A stretch of 64,000 nt of DNA from Bacteroidaceae bacterium (GTDB taxonomy: Bacteria; Bacillota; Clostridia; Lachnospirales; Lachnospiraceae): positions 7,073 through 71,072 of the forward strand of contig CAVBJS010000007.1 of the NCBI GenBank assembly GCA_963596015.1, given 5' to 3'. This document shows positions 1 through 9,155 of the stretch, in pieces; the first letter of the stretch is position 1, and every line of letters begins with the position of its first letter. Under the pieces are notes generated by a model that saw only the letters and a list, made by a program, of their open reading frames with translations, was not told the DNA's origin and made no database searches. Made by a program: the position numbers and the translations under genes.

Positions 1-2
1 CC

Positions 3-395
3 ATCCTGGTCTCCCATATCACTTTCTGCATTCCCTACGTGATATTGAGCATTATGCCCCGGTTTCAGCAGCTGAATACCAGCAACTATGAGGCGGCCCT
101 GGATCTGGGCGCTTCCCCTGTCTATGCCTTTTTTCGTGTAGTGATGCCGGACCTGATGCCCGGTATCATCTCCGGTATGATCATGGCCTTTACCATGTCC
201 ATAGACGACTTTATCATCACCCACTTTACCAAGGGCGCCGGTGTGGATACCCTGTCTACCAAGATCTATACCGAAGTCAAAAAAGGCATTAAGCCGGAAA
301 TGTATGCCCTGTCCACCATTATCTTCGTGGTGGTACTGGTGCTGCTGATCCTGGTGAACTGGCCCAAAAATGAAAAAGGTAAACAGACGGCATAA
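3..395 (+). CDS. potC: Spermidine/putrescine ABC transporter permease (5' part outside window)
   Basis: Open frame from window edge (ILVSHITFCIPYV...), EAA motif EAALDLGA, SIDDF motif; directly upstream of a PotD-like gene. Confidence 0.9.
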   Translation: MLVSHITFCIPYVILSIMPRFQQLNTSNYEAALDLGASPVYAFFRVVMPDLMPGIISGMIMAFTMSIDDFIITHFTKGAGVDTLSTKIYTEVKKGIKPEMYALSTIIFVVVLVLLILVNWPKNEKGKQTA

Positions 396-400
396 AGAGG

Positions 401-545
401 AAAGTTTGAAAGAAATGCTTGATAGCATTTCTTTCAAACGACATTGATGACGTAAACGTCATCAATGCATATCGTATCGGAGAATTCGCCTACGCGAAAT
501 TCTCCTCACGTGCCGCAGACAAGCTGCGGCATAAAGAGGTAACCT
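401..545 (+). repeat. Four-hairpin dispersed element, full copy A
   Basis: H1 GTTTGAAAGAAATGC..GCATTTCTTTCAAAC; H2 CATTGATGACG..CGTCATCAATG; H3 GGAGAATTCGC..GCGAAATTCTCC; H4 TGCCGCAG..CTGCGGCA; then AAAGAGG; alignable to copies at 32615, 40449 and 50965. Confidence 0.95.
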
Positions 546-550
546 AAAAT

Positions 551-1687
551 ATGAGAAAAATTCCTTCAGACAGAATAAAAAACAGAAAGACAAGGCGGCG
601 TATACTCTCCCTTTTGACCTCTCTCCTGCTCCTTGTATCCCTCACGGCCTGCGGCAGTGCTGAGGCAGACGGTGAGGAACAGGTTTCCGACAGAAGCAAT
701 GTAGGCAAAAACGGCGTGGTCTATGTCTATAACTGGGGTGAATACATCGATCCGGATACCATCGATTCCTTTGAAGAGGAAACAGGGATCCGGGTGATCT
801 ATGATGAGTATGAGACCAACGAGACCATGTATCCCAAGGTAGCCTCCGGCGCCACCAGCTATGATGTGATCTGTCCTTCCGACTACATGATCCAGAAAAT
901 GATCGACAATGATCTGCTGCAGCCCCTGGATTATTCCCAGCTTCCCACAGCCCTGGCCAATATCGGTCAGCAGTATTTTGAGCAGTCGGAAGGCTTCGAT
1001 CCGGGAAACCTCTACTCCATCCCCTATTGCTGGGGTACCGTAGGTATTCTTTATAATAAAACCATGGTCTCCGATACCGTGGACAGCTGGTCCATTCTCT
1101 GGGATGAGAAATACAAGGACAATATCCTGATGCAGGATTCCGAACGGGATGCCTTTATGGTGGCTCTTAAACTGCTGGGCTATTCCATGAATACCACCGA
1201 TGAAAAAGAACTGGAGGAAGCCAAAGAGCTTTTGATAGAGCAAAAGCCTCTGGTACAGGCCTATGTAGTAGACCAGGTACGAGATAAGATGATCGGCGGC
1301 GAGGCTGCTCTGGGTGTTATCTACTCCGGTGAAGCCATCTATACCCAGCAGGAAAACCCTGATCTGGAATATGTCATCCCCAAGGAAGGCACCAACGTAT
1401 GGATCGACAGCTGGGTGATCCCGAAGAATGCACCCAACGTGGAGAACGCCCACAAGTTCATCGACTATATGTGCCGCGCCGACATTGCTCTTAAGAACTT
1501 CGAGTATATCACCTACTCTACCCCCAACGATGCGGCCAGAGCATTGATCGAAGACGAAAGCATCCGCAACTCTTCCATCGCCTTCCCGGTGCTCAGCGAC
1601 TATCAGCATCTGGAGACCTATGAGTATCTGGGAGACGTAATGGATAAGCTGTATTATGATCTTTGGAAGCAGTTAAAATCTGTATAA
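551..1687 (+). CDS. potD: Spermidine/putrescine ABC transporter substrate-binding lipoprotein
   Basis: Lipobox LTAC, VYNWGEYIDP, YDVICPSDYMI, WGTVGILYN motifs. Confidence 0.92.
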   Translation: MRKIPSDRIKNRKTRRRILSLLTSLLLLVSLTACGSAEADGEEQVSDRSNVGKNGVVYVYNWGEYIDPDTIDSFEEETGIRVIYDEYETNETMYPKVASGATSYDVICPSDYMIQKMIDNDLLQPLDYSQLPTALANIGQQYFEQSEGFDPGNLYSIPYCWGTVGILYNKTMVSDTVDSWSILWDEKYKDNILMQDSERDAFMVALKLLGYSMNTTDEKELEEAKELLIEQKPLVQAYVVDQVRDKMIGGEAALGVIYSGEAIYTQQENPDLEYVIPKEGTNVWIDSWVIPKNAPNVENAHKFIDYMCRADIALKNFEYITYSTPNDAARALIEDESIRNSSIAFPVLSDYQHLETYEYLGDVMDKLYYDLWKQLKSV

Positions 1688-1728
1688 GAAAGAAAATCTG
1701 TATAAAAAAGAAAATCTGTATAAGAAGC
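1675..1728 (+). repeat. 3 x 18 bp tandem repeat spanning the potD stop codon
   Basis: AAAATCTGTATAAGAAAG / AAAATCTGTATAAAAAAG / AAAATCTGTATAAGAAGC. Confidence 0.9.
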
Positions 1729-1747
1729 GGACTTCATCCTCTATGAA

Positions 1748-1790
1748 AAAGAGCCATCATTCGTGTGACCACGAATGATGGCTCTTTCTT
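1748..1790. terminator. Bidirectional intrinsic terminator
   Basis: Perfect stem AAAGAGCCATCATTCGTG-tgac-CACGAATGATGGCTCTTT between convergent potD and the LacI gene. Confidence 0.85.
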
Positions 1791-1882
1791 AAGCATACGT
1801 CTTTTATTTTCTGTTATCGTTCCCTGTTACCGTTCACATGCCATCCAGGCAGCAATTCCTGTCGGAAGTATCCGGGCCCGGG

Positions 1883-2890
1883 TTATCCCCGCACCGAGTC
1901 CCGTTCGATCAGCTGCGTGCAAACCTGCATTTTCAGATGGGATGATCCGGGGTTGGTGATGAGCTGTTTCATGCGGTTAACGGCTACGGCGCCCATTTCC
2001 TGTTTGGAGACCCGGATGGTGGTCAGTCTGGGGGAGACGATCTCGCAATAAGGCAAGTCGTCAAATCCGATAATGGAAACATCCTCCGGTATCCGATAGC
2101 CTTTTTCTTTCAAGGCCTTCATGGCACCGAAAGCAATCATATCGTTATCCGCAAAGAAGGCGCTGGGCAGATCCTTTAAGGAGGAGACTCTGTTCTCTAA
2201 CAGGGTCAGCATATCATGATAAGCGCCGTCCATGGTGGTGGACAGGGTATAGGTATAATGCTTATCCATGGCAATGCCCGCCTTATTAAGGCCCACCTGA
2301 AAGCCTACAGCTCTGGAACGAAAGGCTTTGATCCTCACATTGCCTCTTAAGTACCCGATCTTTTTATGACCTTTTTTCACCAGGTATTCCACAGCCATGC
2401 GGGCAGAATCCGCATTGTTGATCAATACACCGTCAAAGCTCATATCCGAGGACCAGTAGTCCAGGATCAGCACCGGACTCAGGGCCTGGCGGAAAGGGAT
2501 CAGGTCTTCGTCGGAAAGCTCTGTGCCCAGGATGATCATGGCGCAGGTCTTATCGCGGACCAACTGCTGGATCTGATTTTCATAGCCGTCCACTCTTCTG
2601 TCGATCATCATCACTGACATCTCCAGGCCGCAATTTCTGGCCTCCCGCTCTGCCCCGTCCATCATCATAGGGAAAAAGGGAGTGTCGTCCAGGATCTGCC
2701 CTGTCTTTTTGTAAACCACAAAGCGTACCTTGGTGATCCGGTTTTCCTCTATATAGCCCAGTTCTCTGGCCACTTCGAAAACCTTCGCCGCCGTATCTTT
2801 GTTGACACCCCGCTTATAATTCAAAGCATTGGATATGGTTGCCGGAGAGTAACCGGTGATTTCACTGATCTGTTTAAGACTAACCTTCAT
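1883..2890 (-). CDS. LacI-family transcriptional regulator
   Basis: N-terminal HTH SLKQISEITGYSPATISNALN, C-terminal IPEDVSIIGFDD..LTTI; start set at the ATG after GGAGG. Confidence 0.92.
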   Translation of the reverse strand: MKVSLKQISEITGYSPATISNALNYKRGVNKDTAAKVFEVARELGYIEENRITKVRFVVYKKTGQILDDTPFFPMMMDGAEREARNCGLEMSVMMIDRRVDGYENQIQQLVRDKTCAMIILGTELSDEDLIPFRQALSPVLILDYWSSDMSFDGVLINNADSARMAVEYLVKKGHKKIGYLRGNVRIKAFRSRAVGFQVGLNKAGIAMDKHYTYTLSTTMDGAYHDMLTLLENRVSSLKDLPSAFFADNDMIAFGAMKALKEKGYRIPEDVSIIGFDDLPYCEIVSPRLTTIRVSKQEMGAVAVNRMKQLITNPGSSHLKMQVCTQLIERDSVRG

Positions 2891-2972
2891 GGTTACCTCC
2901 TTAACTACTGCTTTTCGCACAACCTGGTGACGCGTGATGATATAGAGTCAGATACCGTAAATACAGGATGGG

Positions 2973-4454
2973 CTAGCGTAATGTTCTTGCCACGGCCTCT
3001 TTCCATCCACCGTACTTTTTCTCTCTGGTCTGCGCATCCATGACCGGCTCATAAGCAGTTCGCTTTGTTCCGGCAAAAATGGCATCCTTATCGAAGAATC
3101 CCATGGCCAGTCCTGCCGCATAGGCAGCACCCATGCCGGAAAGTTCCTCCGCATCCGGTACCATCACCGGAATATCCAGAATATCGCTCTGCATCTGCAT
3201 CAGATATTTGTTTCTGGTGGGACCGCCGTCTACCCGCAGCTGGGAAATAGCCACCGGTGCGCAGTCATTCATGACCTTGACGATATCGGCGATCTGATAG
3301 CAAATGCAGTCAAGGGCAGCCCGGACGATCTCATTTCTGCCGGTGGTACGGCTCATGCCGCACAGCATAGCTCTGGCATCGCTGTCCCAATAGGGAGCCC
3401 CCAGACCGGAAAAAGCAGGCACCAGATAGCTCTCATCACCGGGATTGGCTTCTCTGGCCAGTGCTTCCGTCTCGCCTGCGGAGGCGATCAATCCTACATT
3501 GTCTTTCAGCCAGGTGATCACGGCACCGGTATAGTTGATATTGCCCTCTAACACGTAATTGACACGGCCGTCGATCTTCCAAGCCAGGGAGCTGACTACG
3601 CCCTGATCGGAATAAACCGGCTGTTCTCCTACATTCATCATAATGGAAGATCCCGTACCGTAGGTAGCCTTGGTTGCGCCGGGCTCTAAGCATCCCTGTC
3701 CGAACAAAGCAGCATGGGAGTCTCCCAGTACGCCGTGCACAGGAATCTTCTTATCAAGATAGCCGCCTAAATCCGTCTCTGTGAACAGAGCATCGGAATC
3801 GCAGACCTGGGGCAGGCAATCCGAATGAATACCGAAAGCAGCGCATACCTCTTCATCCCAGCAAAGCTTTCCGATATTGAAAAGCTGTGTGCGGGAGGCA
3901 TTGGAATAATCCGTCTTAAAGTCCTTGCCGCCGCTTAATTTATATACAAGCCAGGCATCGATATTGCCCATGCAAAGGGAGCCCTTCGCCTGTAAATCTG
4001 CAGCCTCCGGCACATTCTGTAAGATCCATGACAGCTTTGCTGCACTAAAATAGGGAGAAAACCGAAGACCGGTAGCAGCCCGCACCATTTCCGGCACGGC
4101 AGGATTCTCTTCTTCCATCTTCTTGCAGATAGCCTCGGCTCTGGCGCACTGCCAAACGATGGCATTATATACCGACTTCCCCGTCTCTCTGTTCCAGGCC
4201 AGTGCCGTTTCCCGCTGGTTACTGATACCGATGCCGGCCAGTTCACTGCGGTCGATGCCGCTCTTTGTCACCAGATCTTTGATGACCTGCAGGGTATTTG
4301 CGTAAATTTCCTCCGGATCATGCTCTACCCAGCCCCGCTCGTCCACGATCTGTCTGTGCGGCAGGTCAGTACGAAGCAGGATCTTGCCTTCCTTGTCAAA
4401 GAGCAGTGCCTTGGTTCCCTGGGTGCTCTGGTCTATCCCCACGAAATATGCCAT
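2973..4454 (-). CDS. FGGY-family carbohydrate kinase (glycerol kinase-like; possibly apulose kinase)
   Basis: GIDQSTQGTK, SNQRET, TDYSNASRT, KATYGTG, LRVDGG motifs; GGAGG before the second ATG. Confidence 0.88.
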   Translation of the reverse strand: MAYFVGIDQSTQGTKALLFDKEGKILLRTDLPHRQIVDERGWVEHDPEEIYANTLQVIKDLVTKSGIDRSELAGIGISNQRETALAWNRETGKSVYNAIVWQCARAEAICKKMEEENPAVPEMVRAATGLRFSPYFSAAKLSWILQNVPEAADLQAKGSLCMGNIDAWLVYKLSGGKDFKTDYSNASRTQLFNIGKLCWDEEVCAAFGIHSDCLPQVCDSDALFTETDLGGYLDKKIPVHGVLGDSHAALFGQGCLEPGATKATYGTGSSIMMNVGEQPVYSDQGVVSSLAWKIDGRVNYVLEGNINYTGAVITWLKDNVGLIASAGETEALAREANPGDESYLVPAFSGLGAPYWDSDARAMLCGMSRTTGRNEIVRAALDCICYQIADIVKVMNDCAPVAISQLRVDGGPTRNKYLMQMQSDILDIPVMVPDAEELSGMGAAYAAGLAMGFFDKDAIFAGTKRTAYEPVMDAQTREKKYGGWKEAVARTLR

Positions 4455-4591
4455 ACCATCCTCCATAACTCTTCCTGATTCTGTTTGTGTCTGTACATTC
4501 CCCAGTCAAGGAAACGAAACATGACAGAGATGCTCATTCTCTTGACTGAAGAATGTACCGCAGCTATTTCTTTATTTATCACTTATGGAAA

Positions 4592-4626
4592 GCAGTCCTG
4601 CCGCAGGTTCACTGCTGCAGGACTGC
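4592..4626. other. Intergenic stem-loop
   Basis: GCAGTCCTGCcGCAG-gttca-CTGCtGCAGGACTGC between the transketolase and kinase genes. Confidence 0.6.
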
Positions 4627-4713
4627 AATTTACGTTTTATGTAATTCATGCTTTCAGTGATTCATAACTTCCAGCATTCACGAAAAAAGCCATCCCGATC
4701 CATTGTCAGATAT

Positions 4714-5697
4714 TTAAGCCAGGATCTCCTGTGCCTTCTTTACAAAACCTTCCACGCTCAGTCCGTAGTAATCAAAAACTTCCTGAGAAGTACCGGTGAT
4801 AACGGGTGCATCCGGCAGGGAGAGGTTTACTACCTTTCTGGGGCACTGCTCGCCTACTACCTGGCTGACCATGGAGCCAAGGCCGCCAAAGGGTGCATGC
4901 TCTTCTGCAGTCATCACTGCTGTGGAAATGGAAGCAGCCTTTACAACTGCATCAGCATCCAGAGGCTTTACACAGTACATATCCAGCACGATGACATGGA
5001 TGCCCTTCTCTTCCAGCTCTTTTGCAGCCAGAACCATGGGACGTACCATCTCGCCGCAGGCTACCATAGTAAGGTCAGCCTTTTTCTCCGGCAGAGCTGC
5101 CAGTGCCTGGTCGATATCTGCATAAGCCTTGCCGCCTACGGTAACTACGGCACGGTTCATGGTAAAAGGACAATCCTCTTCGGAATAGATATCTTCTACC
5201 GGATTTCTGCCCACACGGATGTAAGCGCACTTTTCATCTTCCAGTAAGCTCTCTGTCAGCTTGGCAGTCTGGAAGCGATCGCTGGGAAGATAAACACGCA
5301 TGTTGGGAATAGCGCTCATAGCAGCAATATCCTGTGCGGAGTGATGGCTCATGCCAAGGGCACCGTAGCTGACACCGCCGCTGATACCGATCAGCTTTAC
5401 ATTGGTATTGGAATAAGCGCAGTCTACCTTAGCCTGCTCATAGCTTCTGGTGGAAAGGAAGCTTGCGGGGGAAGCGGCATAAGCCTTCTTGCCGCAGCTG
5501 GCAAGACCTGCGGATATACCTACCAGATCCTGCTCGGCGATACCTACTTCCACGAACTGCTCCGGATAAGCCTGTGCAAAAGGTGCCAGAGAGGCGCTGC
5601 CACGGCTGTCACTGCAAAGAACTACGATGTCCTTGTCATTTTCTGCGTGCTTCATCAGCACCTCGCAGATGGCTGCACGATTGGGTATCTTATTCAT
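4714..5697 (-). CDS. Transketolase, C-terminal (pyrimidine-binding) subunit
   Basis: FVEVGIAEQ, GMSHHSAQD, YIRVGR, AEEH..GGLGS; start MNKIPNR overlaps the end of the upstream subunit. Confidence 0.92.
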   Translation of the reverse strand: MNKIPNRAAICEVLMKHAENDKDIVVLCSDSRGSASLAPFAQAYPEQFVEVGIAEQDLVGISAGLASCGKKAYAASPASFLSTRSYEQAKVDCAYSNTNVKLIGISGGVSYGALGMSHHSAQDIAAMSAIPNMRVYLPSDRFQTAKLTESLLEDEKCAYIRVGRNPVEDIYSEEDCPFTMNRAVVTVGGKAYADIDQALAALPEKKADLTMVACGEMVRPMVLAAKELEEKGIHVIVLDMYCVKPLDADAVVKAASISTAVMTAEEHAPFGGLGSMVSQVVGEQCPRKVVNLSLPDAPVITGTSQEVFDYYGLSVEGFVKKAQEILA

Positions 5698-6514
5698 GAA
5701 GTGCCTCCTTCCTCTCGGCAAAGTCCTTGATGATCTGTTCATATTCTTCCTGGGTGGGCACATGATGATGCCATGCAGCCTTATTTTCCATAACGGCGGA
5801 ACCGCATCCCTTGGTGGTATTGGCGATGATGAAGGTAGGCTTGCCCTTGCAGGCTGCAGCCTGTGCAAAAGCATCTTCCATAGCTGCTACGCTGTTGCCG
5901 TCGGCTTCTACTACATTCCAGCCAAAGGATCTGAGTCTGTCACCCAGATCATCCTCACCCATAACGTCCTCGGTATTGCCGGAGATCTGCAGACGGTTTC
6001 TGTCTACGATGGCGCAAAGATTGTCCAGCTTGTACTGATGAGCAGCCATAAAGCCTTCCCAGTTGCTGCCCTCGGCCAACTCACCGTCGCCCATTACTAC
6101 ATAGACGCGGTAAGGACGCTTGTCCATCTTGGCAGCCAAAGCCATGCCTACGCCTACCGGCATGCCGTGTCCTAAGGAACCGGAGTTTACTTCGATACCC
6201 GGCAGCTTGTTGTTGGGATGGCCGATGTAGGGAGAGCCGAACTTGGAATACTTCTCGATGACTTCCTCAATGGGGAAAAATCCCTTTGCAGCCAGTACCG
6301 CATAGAGCGTTTCCACGCAGTGGCCCTTACTCATGACAAAACGATCACGATCGGGATCGTTCTGATTCTCAGGGCTGATATTCATCACCTTGAAATACAG
6401 AGTAGCAATGGTCTCCATGATACTCATATCGCCGCCGATATGACCGCCATTGCCTGCCATGATCATGTCTACTACATCTTTTCGCAGATCGTAACACTTT
6501 TCTTGCAGATTCAT
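5690..6514 (-). CDS. Transketolase, N-terminal (TPP-binding) subunit
   Basis: GHIGG, DRDRFVMSKGH, GSLGHG, GDGELAEGSNWE TPP motif; GAGG before MNLQEK. Confidence 0.92.
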   Translation of the reverse strand: MNLQEKCYDLRKDVVDMIMAGNGGHIGGDMSIMETIATLYFKVMNISPENQNDPDRDRFVMSKGHCVETLYAVLAAKGFFPIEEVIEKYSKFGSPYIGHPNNKLPGIEVNSGSLGHGMPVGVGMALAAKMDKRPYRVYVVMGDGELAEGSNWEGFMAAHQYKLDNLCAIVDRNRLQISGNTEDVMGEDDLGDRLRSFGWNVVEADGNSVAAMEDAFAQAAACKGKPTFIIANTTKGCGSAVMENKAAWHHHVPTQEEYEQIIKDFAERKEALHE

Positions 6515-6629
6515 CTTGACCTCTTTTCTATAACGCTTAACTTCCTCTTTTATGGCCATACCGACCGCGACGGACCGGTATGGCCGTAAACAGACAGCAC
6601 CATACTTAACGCTGTTTCTTACCCTGGGA

Positions 6630-8030
6630 TCATTCGCCCCGCAGGTAAGCCTTTACATCCTCTTCGATAGGATCATAGAGATCCGGGGTGATACCGATGT
6701 ATTTGCATGCCTCATACATAACCGGCACTACATCCTGGTGAATACCTACGCAGTGGTGGATATAAGGTCCTTCTACGATCTTTGCTTCCAGACGCTTTAA
6801 GTTCTCTACTTCTACCCATACATAGGTGCCCTTGGTGTAAGGGCCTTCGATGCCCTTAGCGTGGCCAAGCAGCAGGGAGTACTCTCCGTTGTCGCCGTCG
6901 AAACGTGCCAGGGTCATATCGCCGTGCTTTGCTTCTGCCTCCACAGCACCGGGATCGTTGAAGGCCAGAGGATAACCGATGGTAGGCTTTTCCTTGGCAA
7001 CAGAGATGGGCCAGGGTCCGCAGTGCTGCAGCAGCTCGCCGTTTTCGTTGTCGGGATCCTTTACGGTCCAGTCTGCAAAGAAGGTTCTGTTCTCATCCAT
7101 GCCGGCAGCTTCCATCATCACTGCAGTGATGGCACCGTGGATATCGGTCTCACAAACTACCGGAAGTCCTTCTTCATTTAACAGGGAGTTGGCTGCGCAG
7201 GGCATGATATGGATCTCATCCTGCAATGCATTCCAGCACTGGATGGCTACGGCGTTGCAGCCGTACTTCTCGGCCAGATTCTTCATAGCCACCTTTAAAG
7301 CAGCTACGTTGGTCAGCTCGTCTTCCTTGATGCATACGTTCATGTTCTCGTGGCAGTAAGCAACTACCTTCTCTACTTCGGTCTTCTCTTCCTTGACCCG
7401 TGCCATTTCCTTGGTCAGCTCCGGGATCGGGATAGGGGAAAGCTGGATATTGAACTTCTCTAACAGCTCACCCTCGTTGCACATGGTGGACCAGAAATCG
7501 AAGGGTCTGGGTCCGATCTGGAGGATCCTGGTATGACGGAATACGTCTACGATATTACAGACTTTCAGGAAATCCCGAACGCCTCTCTCGAACTGAGGAT
7601 CCTGCAGGCGGCAGTTGGTCATGTAGGTAAAAGGTACCTGGAAGCGACGCAGCACCTTGCCGGTAGCGAAAAGGCCGCACTGGCTGTCGCGAAGACGGAC
7701 ACCATTCTCATCCGGGCGCTCATCGCGAGGTCCCCACAGAAGAACCGGTACACCTAAACGCTTTGCCAGTCTGGCACAGACATACTCAGTACCGAAATTG
7801 CAGTGCGGAAGGAATAATCCCTTAACACCTTCCTTCTGGAACTTTGTCACGATGGCATCCAGGTCGTGATCATCGTAGAGCAAGCCTTCTTCATTGATAT
7901 CATCGATGTCCACATAGTCGATGTTGAGCTCCTTGAGACGATCTCTTGTGAGATTTGCATACTTCACAGCATCCGGCGCACTGAAGATACTTCTTCTTGT
8001 GGGTGCAAAGCCGATCTTGATCTGCTTCAT
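6630..8030 (-). CDS. L-fucose/L-arabinose isomerase family protein
   Basis: AIQCW, VCETDIHG, FFAD, HCG and IHH motifs of the fucose-isomerase-like family. Confidence 0.82.
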   Translation of the reverse strand: MKQIKIGFAPTRRSIFSAPDAVKYANLTRDRLKELNIDYVDIDDINEEGLLYDDHDLDAIVTKFQKEGVKGLFLPHCNFGTEYVCARLAKRLGVPVLLWGPRDERPDENGVRLRDSQCGLFATGKVLRRFQVPFTYMTNCRLQDPQFERGVRDFLKVCNIVDVFRHTRILQIGPRPFDFWSTMCNEGELLEKFNIQLSPIPIPELTKEMARVKEEKTEVEKVVAYCHENMNVCIKEDELTNVAALKVAMKNLAEKYGCNAVAIQCWNALQDEIHIMPCAANSLLNEEGLPVVCETDIHGAITAVMMEAAGMDENRTFFADWTVKDPDNENGELLQHCGPWPISVAKEKPTIGYPLAFNDPGAVEAEAKHGDMTLARFDGDNGEYSLLLGHAKGIEGPYTKGTYVWVEVENLKRLEAKIVEGPYIHHCVGIHQDVVPVMYEACKYIGITPDLYDPIEEDVKAYLRGE

Positions 8031-8493
8031 GATGTCCTCCTTCCGGGTTTCCCCAATACAACGTTATGATTTGATCTGCTATCCTGTGTTTTTGTAAAAT
8101 TTATATCATTATTTTATATTTTTTTATATAAATCGGCAAGGTATTTTTTACCCGAATGGAGCCATTGGGTTATGTGAAAATGGAAACGACGAAGGAAGAA
8201 AAGTAATATAAAGACTTCAAAAACAAGTAAGGGAAGCTTTCAAATGCCGTTAAATAAAGGAATTCTACAGCATTACATGTTACAACGCACAACAGCATCC
8301 GTGTTCAACATACAGTTGATCAGATCCTGTTTTTTGTTGTAAAGAACTAAATATATGTAAATTTTTATATAAATTGATACTCTACATATAAAAAAAACCA
8401 CAGGAATCTATCATAAAAAAGCGGTGCTCCCATCCCTTCCTAAACAGAAAGGACCGGAAAGCACCACCCGAAAAAACTGTGTTATATGTAATT

Positions 8494-9129
8494 TTACATC
8501 TTGCAGTTCTTGCGAACTTCAATGTAGGCCAGGATAGCCTGTACCGTTCCCTCAAAGCCCAGTTTGGAGCTGTCTAAGGAAAGGTCGTAGTTTCTGGCAT
8601 CCATCCACTCCCGACCGGTGTAATACTTATAGTACTTTGCCCGGTACTCATCGATCTCGGCGATCTTCTTTTCCACTTCCTGCTCCGGCAGGCTGTTGAC
8701 CTTCATAGCCTCCTGAAGACAGAAATCAGCCGGCGCGTGAACAAATACCCGATATACATCCGGTTCGTCCTTAAGGACATCATCGGCGCAGCGACCGATC
8801 AGCACGCAGGAGCCCTCCTGGGCCAGCTTGCGGATAATCTTCTTCTGGTAATTAAAAAGATTATCGTCGCTGGTAAAATCGCTGCTCTCCGGAGAGAGGA
8901 TCTTGCTGCCGTGATAGCCTCCGGCTAAGAGAGAGCGCAGGCTGTTGGTCTTTTTCTCATCCTCGAAAAGACGGGGATTGACACCGCTCTCTTCTGCAGC
9001 CAGCTCTATGATCTCTCTGTCATAAAAGGGGATCCCCAATCGCTCAGCCAGCATCTTTCCCACGGTACGTCCGCCGCTTCCGTACTGTCTGGCAATGGTA
9101 ATGATCACCCTGTCTTTGCTGTTTTCCAT
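8494..9129 (-). CDS. Cytidylate kinase-like family protein
   Basis: ITIARQYGSGG, CVLIGRCAD, YKYYTGREW..NYDL motifs. Confidence 0.88.
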   Translation of the reverse strand: MENSKDRVIITIARQYGSGGRTVGKMLAERLGIPFYDREIIELAAEESGVNPRLFEDEKKTNSLRSLLAGGYHGSKILSPESSDFTSDDNLFNYQKKIIRKLAQEGSCVLIGRCADDVLKDEPDVYRVFVHAPADFCLQEAMKVNSLPEQEVEKKIAEIDEYRAKYYKYYTGREWMDARNYDLSLDSSKLGFEGTVQAILAYIEVRKNCKM

Positions 9130-9155
9130 AGAAACCTCCATTTCCCGGAAAAATA

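Noticed and set aside
401..545. Element as a CRISPR repeat (GTTTGAAAG../..TTCAAAC ends)
   Set aside because: Copies are kilobases apart with no repeat-spacer periodicity and no cas genes in the window
401..545. Element as a metabolite riboswitch or T-box
   Set aside because: Host operons are functionally unrelated, most copies are operon-internal, and I see no T-box motif or U-tailed terminator
566..1609. Long antisense ORFs (e.g. 566-1609, 10577-11401, 24142-24882, 42370-43113, 47839-48609)
   Set aside because: Shadow frames opposite well-supported genes with no recognisable motifs
2973..4454. Assigning the symbol glpK
   Set aside because: Context (isomerase and split transketolase, no glpF/glpD) argues for another substrate
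6548..6590. Hairpin TTTATGGCCATACCG..CGGTATGGCCGTAAA as another copy of the four-hairpin element
   Set aside because: Only the tail (GGCCATAAAAGAGG on minus strand) resembles it; the stem sequence does not align
8090..8380. LacI operators (TGTAAAATTTATA / TGTAAATTTTTATA)
   Set aside because: Too AT-rich and degenerate to distinguish from background by eye
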